The notes beneath the pieces are model-generated. The model did no database searches, was not told the origin of the DNA, and worked only from the letters and a program-made list of their open reading frames with translations. The position numbers were made by a program, and so were the translations under genes. A stretch of DNA of 52,847 nt from a virus (lineage: Duplodnaviria > Caudoviricetes): the IMG/VR virus record IMGVR_UViG_3300025141_000135, positions 1 to 52,847 of that record; one strand, written 5' to 3'. This document shows, one piece after another, positions 35,851 through 44,870 of the stretch. How positions within the stretch are numbered: position 1 is the stretch's first letter; every line of letters begins with the position of its first letter.

Positions 35851-37180
35851 CGTAGAGCTACTAAACATAGACCTACCTGATATAGACTTCGGGGATAGAG
35901 CTAGAAAGAATTATAAAGACTTGGATCTTTTGGCTAAAGACTTCAAAGAGAAAGGCGTAATTTCTCCTATTGCTGTTAAGCGCACATCAGAAGGCGAGAA
36001 GCCTTTTCTTCTTCTAGCCGGTGGTCGCAGGTATTCTGCGGCTGTGTTTGGAGACTTTTCTTCTATTCCTGCCAGAGTCTACCCAGAAGACTTAAGTGAG
36101 CTAGACTATCGAGAGATAGAACTAATGGAAAACGTATCTCGGGCGGACTTAGATTGGAAGGAAGAAGTCTGGCTAACTGAGGAAATCCATCGCCTGAAGG
36201 TTGAGCAACATGGAGAAGCGGCAGGTCCAAGCGAAGGACACTCAGCCGCCGACACTGCTGACCTGATGGGAAAGAGTCCTATGAGTGTATCTCGAGACCG
36301 CCAGCTGGCCGCAGGCCTGGAGAAACATGGTGAAGTACTTGAGGATGCAAAGAACAGAAGCGAAGCTCTGCGGACTCTTAAACGACTAGAAAGAAAAGAA
36401 CAAGAAGCAGTTGTATCTAAGAACATCCAAGCGGAAGTGCTAAAGGACCAAGGAGAATCTCTTAAGGGCGCTTTGGTAAACAGCTACATCCTTGGCGATT
36501 TCTTTGAGGGAATAAAAGGAGTTCCGGACTCTGCTGTCCATGCAGTTGAGATTGATCCTCCTTATGCTATAGACTTAAAGAACATCAAGTACGGTAAGAG
36601 GGACGATCTTGAAACTTACAATGAAGTAGATGAGAAGGACTACCCGGAGTTTTTAGAAAACCTGTTTCAAGAATGCTATAGAGTTATGTTCCCTTCCAGC
36701 TGGCTAATATGTTGGCACGCCATTCAGTACTATCCCCTTATCAAATCCCTTCTTGAAGAAGCTGGATTCTCTGTTGAGAAGATCCCTGCTGTGTGGACTA
36801 AGAATGGCCCTGGGCAAACTCATAACCCAGAGTCTCGCTTAGGTTCTACCTACGAACCTTTTATTTATGCCAAGAAAGGAAACCCTGTTATCTACCAAGC
36901 TGGCCGCTCTAATGTCTTTAATTTCAAGACTATCCACAGCGAACATAAAGTACACCCAACAGAGCGTCCCATTGAGATGATAACTGAAGTGCTTAAAACA
37001 TTCTGTTCTCCTGGCCAGCGAGTCTTAGTTCCCTTTTTAGGAAGCGGGAACACTTTGCTCGCCGCCAGTAACTACGGAATGACGGGCTTTGGTTTTGATC
37101 TAAGTGAGGAATACCGAAACTCTTTTATGGCTAAAGTACAAAACGGAGAACCTAATAACTACTATAGCTACTCTTCTTAG
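35843..37180 (+). CDS. ParB N-terminal (CTPase-like) domain + HTH fused to beta-class amino (N6A/N4C) DNA methyltransferase
   Basis: SPIAVKR...LLAGGRRYSAA...IPARV...ELMENVSRADL; HTH SAADTADLMGKSPMSVSR; DPPY, HPTERP and PFLGSG in catalytic-before-SAM order. Confidence 0.9.
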   Translation: MSDVELLNIDLPDIDFGDRARKNYKDLDLLAKDFKEKGVISPIAVKRTSEGEKPFLLLAGGRRYSAAVFGDFSSIPARVYPEDLSELDYREIELMENVSRADLDWKEEVWLTEEIHRLKVEQHGEAAGPSEGHSAADTADLMGKSPMSVSRDRQLAAGLEKHGEVLEDAKNRSEALRTLKRLERKEQEAVVSKNIQAEVLKDQGESLKGALVNSYILGDFFEGIKGVPDSAVHAVEIDPPYAIDLKNIKYGKRDDLETYNEVDEKDYPEFLENLFQECYRVMFPSSWLICWHAIQYYPLIKSLLEEAGFSVEKIPAVWTKNGPGQTHNPESRLGSTYEPFIYAKKGNPVIYQAGRSNVFNFKTIHSEHKVHPTERPIEMITEVLKTFCSPGQRVLVPFLGSGNTLLAASNYGMTGFGFDLSEEYRNSFMAKVQNGEPNNYYSYSS

Positions 37181-37192
37181 GAAAGGACTATC

Positions 37193-39586
37193 ATGAGTCT
37201 AGCACCTTACTCTTCTGGTAATCCAGAGACAGCCAAGTACGTCATCATTGGCGAAGCTCCTGGAGCAGAAGAAGAACAAAGGGGCGGAGCTTTTATCGGA
37301 GCAGCTGGAAGGCTATTGGACGATCTTCTTAGAAACGCAGGTATTGCGAGGGACGAAGTCTACTTCGACAATGTGTTTCAGTTCAGGCCTACTGGTAATG
37401 ACTTGTCTCCATATATAAAGTTCGCAAAGACAGTAACTGAGACCGATCAATTCATACAGGCCCAATCAGCACTAGCTGCGAGACTGGACGTAACTAGAGC
37501 TAATGTCATTATAACTATGGGGAATGTTCCTACTTATGCTTTGACAGGACTCACTCCTATAACTAAACAAAGAGGTAGTGTTGTATTATCAACTCTTCTA
37601 AAGTATCGAAAGGTTATTCCTTGTATTCATCCAGCTGCTGCTTTAAGAGAGTACCTAGCTCGATATAATATAGTTAATGATCTAAGAAGGGCCAAAGATC
37701 AAGCTGGATTCCCTGAAGTAAAACACCTGACCAGAGACCTTATCCTAAACCCTTCGTTTGCAGATACTATGAGTTTTCTAGATACTTGTAATAAGGCAAA
37801 GGAGGTAGCTTACGACATTGAGATTCGAGGTCAGGAACTGAGCCACATAGCTTTCGCTATAAACCCTAGTGTCGCTATATGTATTCCCTTCGTTGAGGGT
37901 ATGAAAGACTACTGGGCTCCAGACCAAGAAGCGTCTGTCATGTTGAAGATCGCTGAAGTCCTTGAGAACCCGGAGGTCGCTAAGATAGGCCAGAACCTTT
38001 CTTTCGATGCTACTTTTATGTACTACAAATACGGGATTCATGTAGCTCCCCTACAAGACACTATGATCGCTGCAGGAATTTTATTCCCAGACTTTCCCAA
38101 AGGTCTGGACTTTCTTGTGTCTCTCTACTGTGATGGAGAGCCTTACTACAAGGATGATGGAAAGGAATGGTTCAAGAATCCTTTTGCCTCTGAGGAAATC
38201 TTCCGAAGATACAACGCTATGGACGCTGCAGTGCTTATGGAGATCTACCCGAAGCAGGTTAAAGAACTTGAGCGCATGGGGAATAAGATTACTTACGACC
38301 GTCAGAAGTCTCTTCTTCACCCTCTTGTGTATGCTGGCAACAAAGGTATCCGTATGGACACAGAAGGGATGGTAAAAGCTGGCGAAGGCTGCAACGAAAG
38401 AATAGATGGCTTGACTAGAGAGCTGGCTGAAGCATCTGGACGAACGGACCTTAATCCTAATTCCCCAAAACAACTAAAGGAATACTTCTATGTAGATAAG
38501 GGAATCAAACCTTACACTAGAAAGGGCTCGATATCTGTAGACGACAAGGCTCTTAAACGCCTGGCTATGAACGGACATCAAGAGGCTGATATCATACTGA
38601 AACTAAGGCACGAGAGAAAGATGCTCGGGACTTATTACAATATGAAGTTAGACGAAGATGGCAGGATGCGTTGTAGTTTCAATCCAGTAGGAACTGAGCA
38701 AGGACGTATATCTAGCTCGAAGACTATAAGGGGAACTGGGGCGAATCTGCAGAATCAGCCGCCGGAAACTCAGGCCATGATGCTTGCGGATCCTGGATGC
38801 CTCCTGATAAATCAAGACCTAGGCCAGGCCGAGAATCGTGTGGTCGCTTATATCGCTGGCGAACACCGAATGATTAATGCTTTTGAAAAAGGTATAGACA
38901 TTCATAAGCAAACAGGATCCTTAATATCTGAAGTGCCTATAGAAGAAGTAACTGACGACCAAAGGTCTGATGGAAAGAAAGCGAACCATGGTCTTAACTA
39001 TGACTTAGGATACAAGTCCTTTGCTTTGATCTATCAGATGCCTGAGAAGCAAGCGAAATTTATTGTTGACAGGTATCACTCTGTTTATCCTGGAGTACGT
39101 CAATGGCACAACTCTGTGAGAGAAGAACTCAGCCGACAAGCTAGAACCCTCGTGAACTGCTATGGAAGGAAGCGGGTGTTCCTGGACCGTTGGGGACATG
39201 AGCTATTCAAGGTAGCGTATAGCTACTGTCCTCAATCTACAGTGGCCGAGAAGATGAACCAAGATGGCGTCTTATTTATATATGATCGACAAGACTTATT
39301 TCCAGAAGTGCAATTCCTTAACACCATTCATGACTCTATACGCTACCAGGTTCCTTTGTCTGTGGGCTATGAGAGAATCATAGAAGTCATAAAGGCTGTT
39401 AAGGCTAGTCTCGAAAAGCCTATTACCTGGAGGGGACAGTCTTTCTCTATTCCGGCTGACACAGAACTGGGCTTTAGTTATGACAAGAAAACTATGGTCG
39501 AATGGAAAGCCCATTATGTAGACAATACTCATGACGATAAGTTGGCCGAGGAGCTGGAAATTTATGTCAGGGAGCAGGCGGCTTGA
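37193..39586 (+). CDS. polA: family A DNA polymerase with N-terminal uracil-DNA glycosylase-like domain and 3'-5' exonuclease (SPO1-like architecture)
   Basis: UDG: GEAPG...FIGAAG...HPAAALR. Exonuclease: YDIE, QNLSFD, YNAMD. Polymerase motifs A DLGQAENR, B KKANHGLNY, C IHDS. Confidence 0.95.
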   Translation: MSLAPYSSGNPETAKYVIIGEAPGAEEEQRGGAFIGAAGRLLDDLLRNAGIARDEVYFDNVFQFRPTGNDLSPYIKFAKTVTETDQFIQAQSALAARLDVTRANVIITMGNVPTYALTGLTPITKQRGSVVLSTLLKYRKVIPCIHPAAALREYLARYNIVNDLRRAKDQAGFPEVKHLTRDLILNPSFADTMSFLDTCNKAKEVAYDIEIRGQELSHIAFAINPSVAICIPFVEGMKDYWAPDQEASVMLKIAEVLENPEVAKIGQNLSFDATFMYYKYGIHVAPLQDTMIAAGILFPDFPKGLDFLVSLYCDGEPYYKDDGKEWFKNPFASEEIFRRYNAMDAAVLMEIYPKQVKELERMGNKITYDRQKSLLHPLVYAGNKGIRMDTEGMVKAGEGCNERIDGLTRELAEASGRTDLNPNSPKQLKEYFYVDKGIKPYTRKGSISVDDKALKRLAMNGHQEADIILKLRHERKMLGTYYNMKLDEDGRMRCSFNPVGTEQGRISSSKTIRGTGANLQNQPPETQAMMLADPGCLLINQDLGQAENRVVAYIAGEHRMINAFEKGIDIHKQTGSLISEVPIEEVTDDQRSDGKKANHGLNYDLGYKSFALIYQMPEKQAKFIVDRYHSVYPGVRQWHNSVREELSRQARTLVNCYGRKRVFLDRWGHELFKVAYSYCPQSTVAEKMNQDGVLFIYDRQDLFPEVQFLNTIHDSIRYQVPLSVGYERIIEVIKAVKASLEKPITWRGQSFSIPADTELGFSYDKKTMVEWKAHYVDNTHDDKLAEELEIYVREQAA

Positions 39587-40718
39587 TGACTGGATTGAGG
39601 CCTTTGTCAGATATACTGATAATACAGAGCCTCCAGAAAGCTATCGTAGATGGGTGGCGATATCTACAATGGCTAGCGCTCTTCAAAGAAAGTGTAAGCT
39701 TGAGTGGGGGAGCGAAGTATTTTTTCCTAATATGTATATAGTTCTTGTAGGCCCTCCTGCGGCTAGGAAGGGAACTGCGATGAGGACTGGTAAAGACTTA
39801 CTAGACCAGATTGGAATAGCGGTATCTGCAGATGAGAGCTCTAGACAAAAGCTCGTCAAGAGCCTTCAAGAAATGGGAGTCGCTGACCAAGATGATCTAG
39901 GAAGAATAAACTTTCATTCTAGTATGACTTTGTATTCTAGCGAGCTAACGGTCTTTCTGGGATACGGAGCTAAAGAGTTACTAGCAATGCTCTGTAAATG
40001 GTATGACTGTGAGCCGCGCTATGTCTATGACACTATACAAAGAGGTAAGGAGGAAGTTCCAAATGTTTGGTGTAACCTTATGGGGGCGACAACGCCAGGG
40101 CAGCTTCAAGCGTCACTTCCCGAAGATGCTGTTGGCTCTGGGTTTACTAGCCGTGTTGTCTTTGTTTATGAGCAGAATAAAGGCAAGCTTGTTCGGAAGC
40201 CCACACTCGAAGAAGAGCTCTTGGAACCGCTACTCCACGACCTCGGAAGAGTTAGGAACCTAAGTGGAGAATTTTTTGTGCAAGAAGATGCTGAGAATAT
40301 TTACTATAACTGGTATGAGCGTAGCGAAGAGGAATCAATATTCACTGACTACCGTATGGAGTATTATGTACAGCGAAGACCTACTCACTTATTCAAACTT
40401 AGTATGATAATATCAGCAGCTCGCGGAGATGATAAAGTAATAACTCCTATAGACATAAGCGAAGCTATAAGAGTACTAGAAGGCGCAGAAAAGAATATGT
40501 CTCAGGTATTCGCTGGTGTGGGTGCGAATCCTCTAGCGGGTATCCAGTTCCGTATACTGAACATAGTTAGAGAACTAGGACCCACCGAGACAGCTGTTGT
40601 TGCAGAGGCTTTACAAAGTGATGCTAGCTTTAGTCAGTTCGGGGAAGCTATACAATCCCTGGAACAGATGGGGCATATAAAGATAGACATCATTAAGAAG
40701 CTTATAATACCAGTATAA
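39564..40718 (+). CDS. DUF3987/YfjI-like P-loop ATPase (putative replicative helicase)
   Basis: PNMYIVLVGPPAARKGT, LMGATTP, GFTSRVVFV; start moved to the ATG after GAGGAG. Confidence 0.7.
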   Translation: MSGSRRLDDWIEAFVRYTDNTEPPESYRRWVAISTMASALQRKCKLEWGSEVFFPNMYIVLVGPPAARKGTAMRTGKDLLDQIGIAVSADESSRQKLVKSLQEMGVADQDDLGRINFHSSMTLYSSELTVFLGYGAKELLAMLCKWYDCEPRYVYDTIQRGKEEVPNVWCNLMGATTPGQLQASLPEDAVGSGFTSRVVFVYEQNKGKLVRKPTLEEELLEPLLHDLGRVRNLSGEFFVQEDAENIYYNWYERSEEESIFTDYRMEYYVQRRPTHLFKLSMIISAARGDDKVITPIDISEAIRVLEGAEKNMSQVFAGVGANPLAGIQFRILNIVRELGPTETAVVAEALQSDASFSQFGEAIQSLEQMGHIKIDIIKKLIIPV

Positions 40719-40729
40719 GGGGAGATAAA

Positions 40730-40897
40730 ATGGAACCTGAAAGACTTAGTAGAAAAGAGGCGGTTGAAATATTTGACAAGACTATAGAAGATGCTGCTTG
40801 GGGAATAACTAAAGAGCTGTGGCCTTCTTTGTTAGGAGCTATAGAAGTACTAGTTCCAGAAAGTAAATTCTCTAGGAGCTCTCAAGATGCAGAATGA
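40730..40897 (+). CDS. 55-aa hypothetical protein (not in ORF track)
   Basis: GGGGAG RBS; MEPERLSRKEAVEIFDK... Confidence 0.6.
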   Translation: MEPERLSRKEAVEIFDKTIEDAAWGITKELWPSLLGAIEVLVPESKFSRSSQDAE

Positions 40898-41057
40898 TGA
40901 CTATAAGAAGAGAGAAAAAGCTAACCGCTATGGCATCCTGCACCTAGTCGATGACAAGGATTTTATAACCTTCATCACCGACCTAGTACAAGAGCGTCCA
41001 CATAAAGTAAAGAATGATCTAATTATAGCTGTCAATAGGACCAAAGAAAAGGCCTAG
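40887..41057 (+). CDS. 56-aa hypothetical protein (not in ORF track)
   Basis: AGGAG RBS; MQNDDYKKREK...; overlaps the endolysin 3' end convergently. Confidence 0.55.
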   Translation: MQNDDYKKREKANRYGILHLVDDKDFITFITDLVQERPHKVKNDLIIAVNRTKEKA

Positions 41058-41454
41058 GGGCATGGAAGTTATCTTCGCTCTGTATATCATCTAGGTGAAG
41101 AAACCTCTTGTCCCCAGTTTGGGAAACCCCTATACCGGTAAATCCAAGACTGGTAGCTAGAGCAAGGACCGCATAAGCGTCCTCTCCTCTGATAGCTATG
41201 TCAACGGCTCTACCAGTGGAATGAGCACCGGGTCTGGGGTTTCCCTCTGGGTCTTTCTTCTTAGCTTCCACACTATGCTTTGGGGAACGATACCCTGAAG
41301 TTATTATAAGACCCCTTCCGTATTCTGTTCTCAGTTCTTGTAAGCGGTCCATAGTGTCTTCATTTAAAGCACACTCACCTGTCTCTCTGCAAGCCATTTC
41401 ATTAAAGCTAAAGTTAGGCCACCTGTTAGAAGGCCATGTCTCTTTATTATACAT
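41032..41454 (-). CDS. peptidase M15A-type endolysin
   Basis: PNFSFNEMAC, ITSGYRSPKH, HSTGRAVDI, FLHLD zinc-ligand pattern. Confidence 0.9.
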   Translation of the reverse strand: MYNKETWPSNRWPNFSFNEMACRETGECALNEDTMDRLQELRTEYGRGLIITSGYRSPKHSVEAKKKDPEGNPRPGAHSTGRAVDIAIRGEDAYAVLALATSLGFTGIGVSQTGDKRFLHLDDIQSEDNFHAPRPFLWSY

Positions 41455-41457
41455 TTC

Positions 41458-44400
41458 TTAATCTCTTGGTTTTTGTACTGAAGGAAGGGTAGGAGCGTAC
41501 AACTCAGCTGGTGCCTTATACTTAGGCTTACGAGGAAAGAACTTCGCTAACTTTTCGTCTGTCCTGGCTCTTTCTTCAAGCATCTTCATAAACTCTCTTC
41601 CGAACTTTCGCTTCTTGTAAGTCTGTCCTCTGAATATTCTTCGTTCATCTAGCATCCTTAATTTAAAGCCAGCAAGCTCACTGCCTACCTGATAAAGCGT
41701 TGCGGTCTCTCCTTTAGCCTGTGCTTCCAAAAGCCTAGTGAGTTTTCCAAAAGGAGGAAACGCTTTTCCGATAGCCCACTCTGTTTGTTTAGATGGCTGA
41801 GACTCTTCAGGCAACCAAGGAAATAAAGAGATAGGATCTTCTCCTTCATACCTAGTGGGCATCTGTCCTTCCCAGCGACCTATAGCAGTACTTCCCATAA
41901 AAAAGTCCTGGTTTAAGAATAGCTGAAGAGGCCCGCTAATAATAGGATTAGTACTAGACAAAATATCCTTGACATTAAACCTATTAAGCTCTAAAAGAGG
42001 TATATCAATCTGACCGGCCACAGGCATATTATCCTGATTTATATAAGGTACCTGCCAGGCCATTACCTCATCCCAATAGTCTGGGGTTTCGGCTTGTTCA
42101 AACTCAGGGTAAAGGCTCTCAACAGCGGCCTTAGTCTTAGGAATCTGAGCCATACGCCCTGGGTTCTCTAATATAGCCATCATCACTCGAGGGGCGGCAA
42201 ACCTCTGCCAAGCATAAAAAGGAAGGATTCTCTTAAACGTAGTCTTTTCAAAGTCTGTCAGCATCCTATAATCAAAGTGCCACAGTCGAGGCATCTCAGC
42301 TGCCGCCTCTGCAGGCATACCTTTGGCTAAGCTATCTAAGAAAAGCGTCCATCTTCCCTGGTTCTCTACAATCTGAGCAGCGGCTCTATTAACCTTGATA
42401 GGCCAGAACTGTGCACCTCCAATTTTGCTAAGCTTATCCTTTAACGGAAGGTCTTCTTTTGACCCAAAGGCCATCACTTCAGCAACTCGAGGGTCTATTT
42501 TCTGGCTTATTTCTGTAGGCATACCAACTACATCGCTGTTCCAAAGTATATCAGCCGCGCCAGCTTCAGTGTTATAAATTGAGCTGGCTACTTGTGGAAC
42601 TCCAAGATCCTCTCCCATCCTAGCTATCTCAGAATAACTTAAAACCCTACCATCTGCGTCTTTTATTCCTATATCTGGAACGTCATCTAGGCTATCCCAG
42701 CCATACCTACGCGCTATGCTATTAGTTCTTTTCAACATCCAATCTGGAAGCCTTCCTGCACCCTCAGATACTGCCATTAGTTTTACAGCTTGGAGGTTCC
42801 TAAGCATAAACTCGGATAAAGAAAAGCGCCCTTTCTTATTTCTTCCAACCCCAGCCATCCAGTTACTGTTCATTATACTGATGAGATTTCTCGCGTGATA
42901 ACCAGTACCGAATGTAGCCCACCCTTTCCATACGTTAGTAAGGTCATCAAAGGCTTTTCCAAAAGCTGTTATCTGTCTAGAGTCCCCTATTAATTCTTCG
43001 CTTCTAGTTAGAAAGTTGTAAATCTCATTAGGAAGAATATAAGCCCCTATGATTTCTTCTTTGTACTTAGCCCCTTGATCAAAGTCATCGCTTATTTTTA
43101 TCTTTTTCTTTATCTCATAAACCTTCATTCCTTGCCCATCGCCTGAAGGTCCTTCTTTTCCCAGAGGGGTCTCTATAGTTTCCTTAATATCTTTCCATGT
43201 ACTTCCTTCTATAGGAGGCCTTTTAGCGTTAAAGAAAGCAGGGTCAAAATCTATCCTAGTTGCCAGTTCTGGATTAGTAAGAATCGCTTCTCCAAACTGC
43301 CTAGACACCACGTACCTTACGCTATCTACTGCTCGAGTCCTAAGAATATTCCCTATGTCCAGCTCAGTTCCATACTCTACGTCTCCTCGAATCCCAGCTA
43401 AGACCCTGTCAAGTTGGTTAGGATAACTCTTCGCTTGTCCAAACCCAGGTATTGCCTCAGTCCCTGGAAGGATTCCTCCTCCACTTCTTGTCTGCTCAGG
43501 CCTACGACTTTCTGCTACTCTTTCAAATGCTCTAGCCAGCCGAGGATCTTTGGGTGTGGTCCCGTGAAGGTATAAATCACGAAACATACTTGGATCTATT
43601 ACTCCCCCGAGAGGCGCGTTAACCTCAGATGCAAATAGTCTCTTGGTAAAACTACGAATCACCTTTGCATACTCTTTAAGCTTAGGACCGTTTTCAGCTA
43701 TTATCAGCCCTCCTTCTATAAAAGCATCTATCTGGCTCTCCATAAGCTTGGGTTGATCCATTAGAGTTCCCATCAGCCTTCTTTCTCTGGGACTCATCCA
43801 AGTAATCATAGAGTCTATCTCATCTAGCATAGCCACTATTTCATTCTCAGCCTTAGCCCCAAAGCGTCTCTTTATATTAAGTAATGCTTTTCTATGTTCA
43901 GCGGGAAGCTCTGGGTGCATCTTGAACGCCTTGTCCAGTGCCTCTGTAATAGGCTTTCCTGCACGAGTGCCTTTTGCTGCTTTATATATCTTTTGTGGAA
44001 TTGTAGCTAAAGCAGTTCCAGGAATATAATTAAGAGGATCTATAAATATAGTTCCCATAAGGGCTAAAGTCCAGTTAGCCGCTTCAGAGGCTTCCGCTAA
44101 ATTTCCCTCATACTCTTCCAAGATCTCTGGGCTAATACCCAGTCTCCTGGCTTCCGCTTTTTCTTTGCTTGTTACTTTTCTGGGATCAATGTCTAAAAGA
44201 CCATACCTTTGTGCCAGTTCAGATATATCTGTTTGCCTACTCCTTAAGTTCAATCCCAGAGTATAACCTGCTCCGATCTCACTAGCAAAAGCTTTCCAAC
44301 CTTCCCATACAGCACTACCACTTCTAACTGGCCCTTCTATTCCAGTGCTCCTCAGCTTTGAGTCTTCTATCAAAGCATCTTCTATCGCAGCTCCCACTCC

Positions 44401-44865
44401 GTAACTAGGAGCTTGAAGAAGGTTGCTAAGTATGCCGACTACATTACTCATCCTTCTATCTAGAGTACCTAGAAAGCCTACTCTACCTTCAGCTTTAATA
44501 TACTCATCATACTGAGCTAACAAACCCATCTCAGGATAGACCCTATCCATCTCTTCAACTTGTGCTCGTCTCTTATCTACTTCATTACGCACGGCCTTAA
44601 AGGATATTATCTGGTCCTCTGTAACCTCTAGTGAAGTTCCCCAAGTTCCTTCTGGAAGATCTCTTTTGCTAGGCAGATTGAATATAGGAGTCCCAGACAC
44701 AGGAAAGATATCTTCATCATGAGGGTCTACATAGCTTGTATCTATTTTTGCATCTTCGTGGCTTTTCTCTATAAGGGCATTTAGAGAAATATTCTTTCTT
44801 TCTTCTAACCCTTCTTCTATTATAGAGTTTAGACTCCGTCTATTTATTAAATTACGCTCAGTCAT
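41458..44865 (-). CDS. large putative internal virion/DNA-ejection protein (1135 aa)
   Basis: Helical, with GYHARN and HFDY...LTDFEK...ILPFYAW motifs seen in podophage ejection proteins; last of three large genes. Confidence 0.65.
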   Translation of the reverse strand: MTERNLINRRSLNSIIEEGLEERKNISLNALIEKSHEDAKIDTSYVDPHDEDIFPVSGTPIFNLPSKRDLPEGTWGTSLEVTEDQIISFKAVRNEVDKRRAQVEEMDRVYPEMGLLAQYDEYIKAEGRVGFLGTLDRRMSNVVGILSNLLQAPSYGVGAAIEDALIEDSKLRSTGIEGPVRSGSAVWEGWKAFASEIGAGYTLGLNLRSRQTDISELAQRYGLLDIDPRKVTSKEKAEARRLGISPEILEEYEGNLAEASEAANWTLALMGTIFIDPLNYIPGTALATIPQKIYKAAKGTRAGKPITEALDKAFKMHPELPAEHRKALLNIKRRFGAKAENEIVAMLDEIDSMITWMSPRERRLMGTLMDQPKLMESQIDAFIEGGLIIAENGPKLKEYAKVIRSFTKRLFASEVNAPLGGVIDPSMFRDLYLHGTTPKDPRLARAFERVAESRRPEQTRSGGGILPGTEAIPGFGQAKSYPNQLDRVLAGIRGDVEYGTELDIGNILRTRAVDSVRYVVSRQFGEAILTNPELATRIDFDPAFFNAKRPPIEGSTWKDIKETIETPLGKEGPSGDGQGMKVYEIKKKIKISDDFDQGAKYKEEIIGAYILPNEIYNFLTRSEELIGDSRQITAFGKAFDDLTNVWKGWATFGTGYHARNLISIMNSNWMAGVGRNKKGRFSLSEFMLRNLQAVKLMAVSEGAGRLPDWMLKRTNSIARRYGWDSLDDVPDIGIKDADGRVLSYSEIARMGEDLGVPQVASSIYNTEAGAADILWNSDVVGMPTEISQKIDPRVAEVMAFGSKEDLPLKDKLSKIGGAQFWPIKVNRAAAQIVENQGRWTLFLDSLAKGMPAEAAAEMPRLWHFDYRMLTDFEKTTFKRILPFYAWQRFAAPRVMMAILENPGRMAQIPKTKAAVESLYPEFEQAETPDYWDEVMAWQVPYINQDNMPVAGQIDIPLLELNRFNVKDILSSTNPIISGPLQLFLNQDFFMGSTAIGRWEGQMPTRYEGEDPISLFPWLPEESQPSKQTEWAIGKAFPPFGKLTRLLEAQAKGETATLYQVGSELAGFKLRMLDERRIFRGQTYKKRKFGREFMKMLEERARTDEKLAKFFPRKPKYKAPAELYAPTLPSVQKPRD

Positions 44866-44870
44866 TTTTA

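Noticed and set aside
37193-39586. Intein or intron in the polymerase (terminase also checked)
   Set aside because: Motif spacing and lengths are compact; no intein termini or homing endonuclease motifs were seen.
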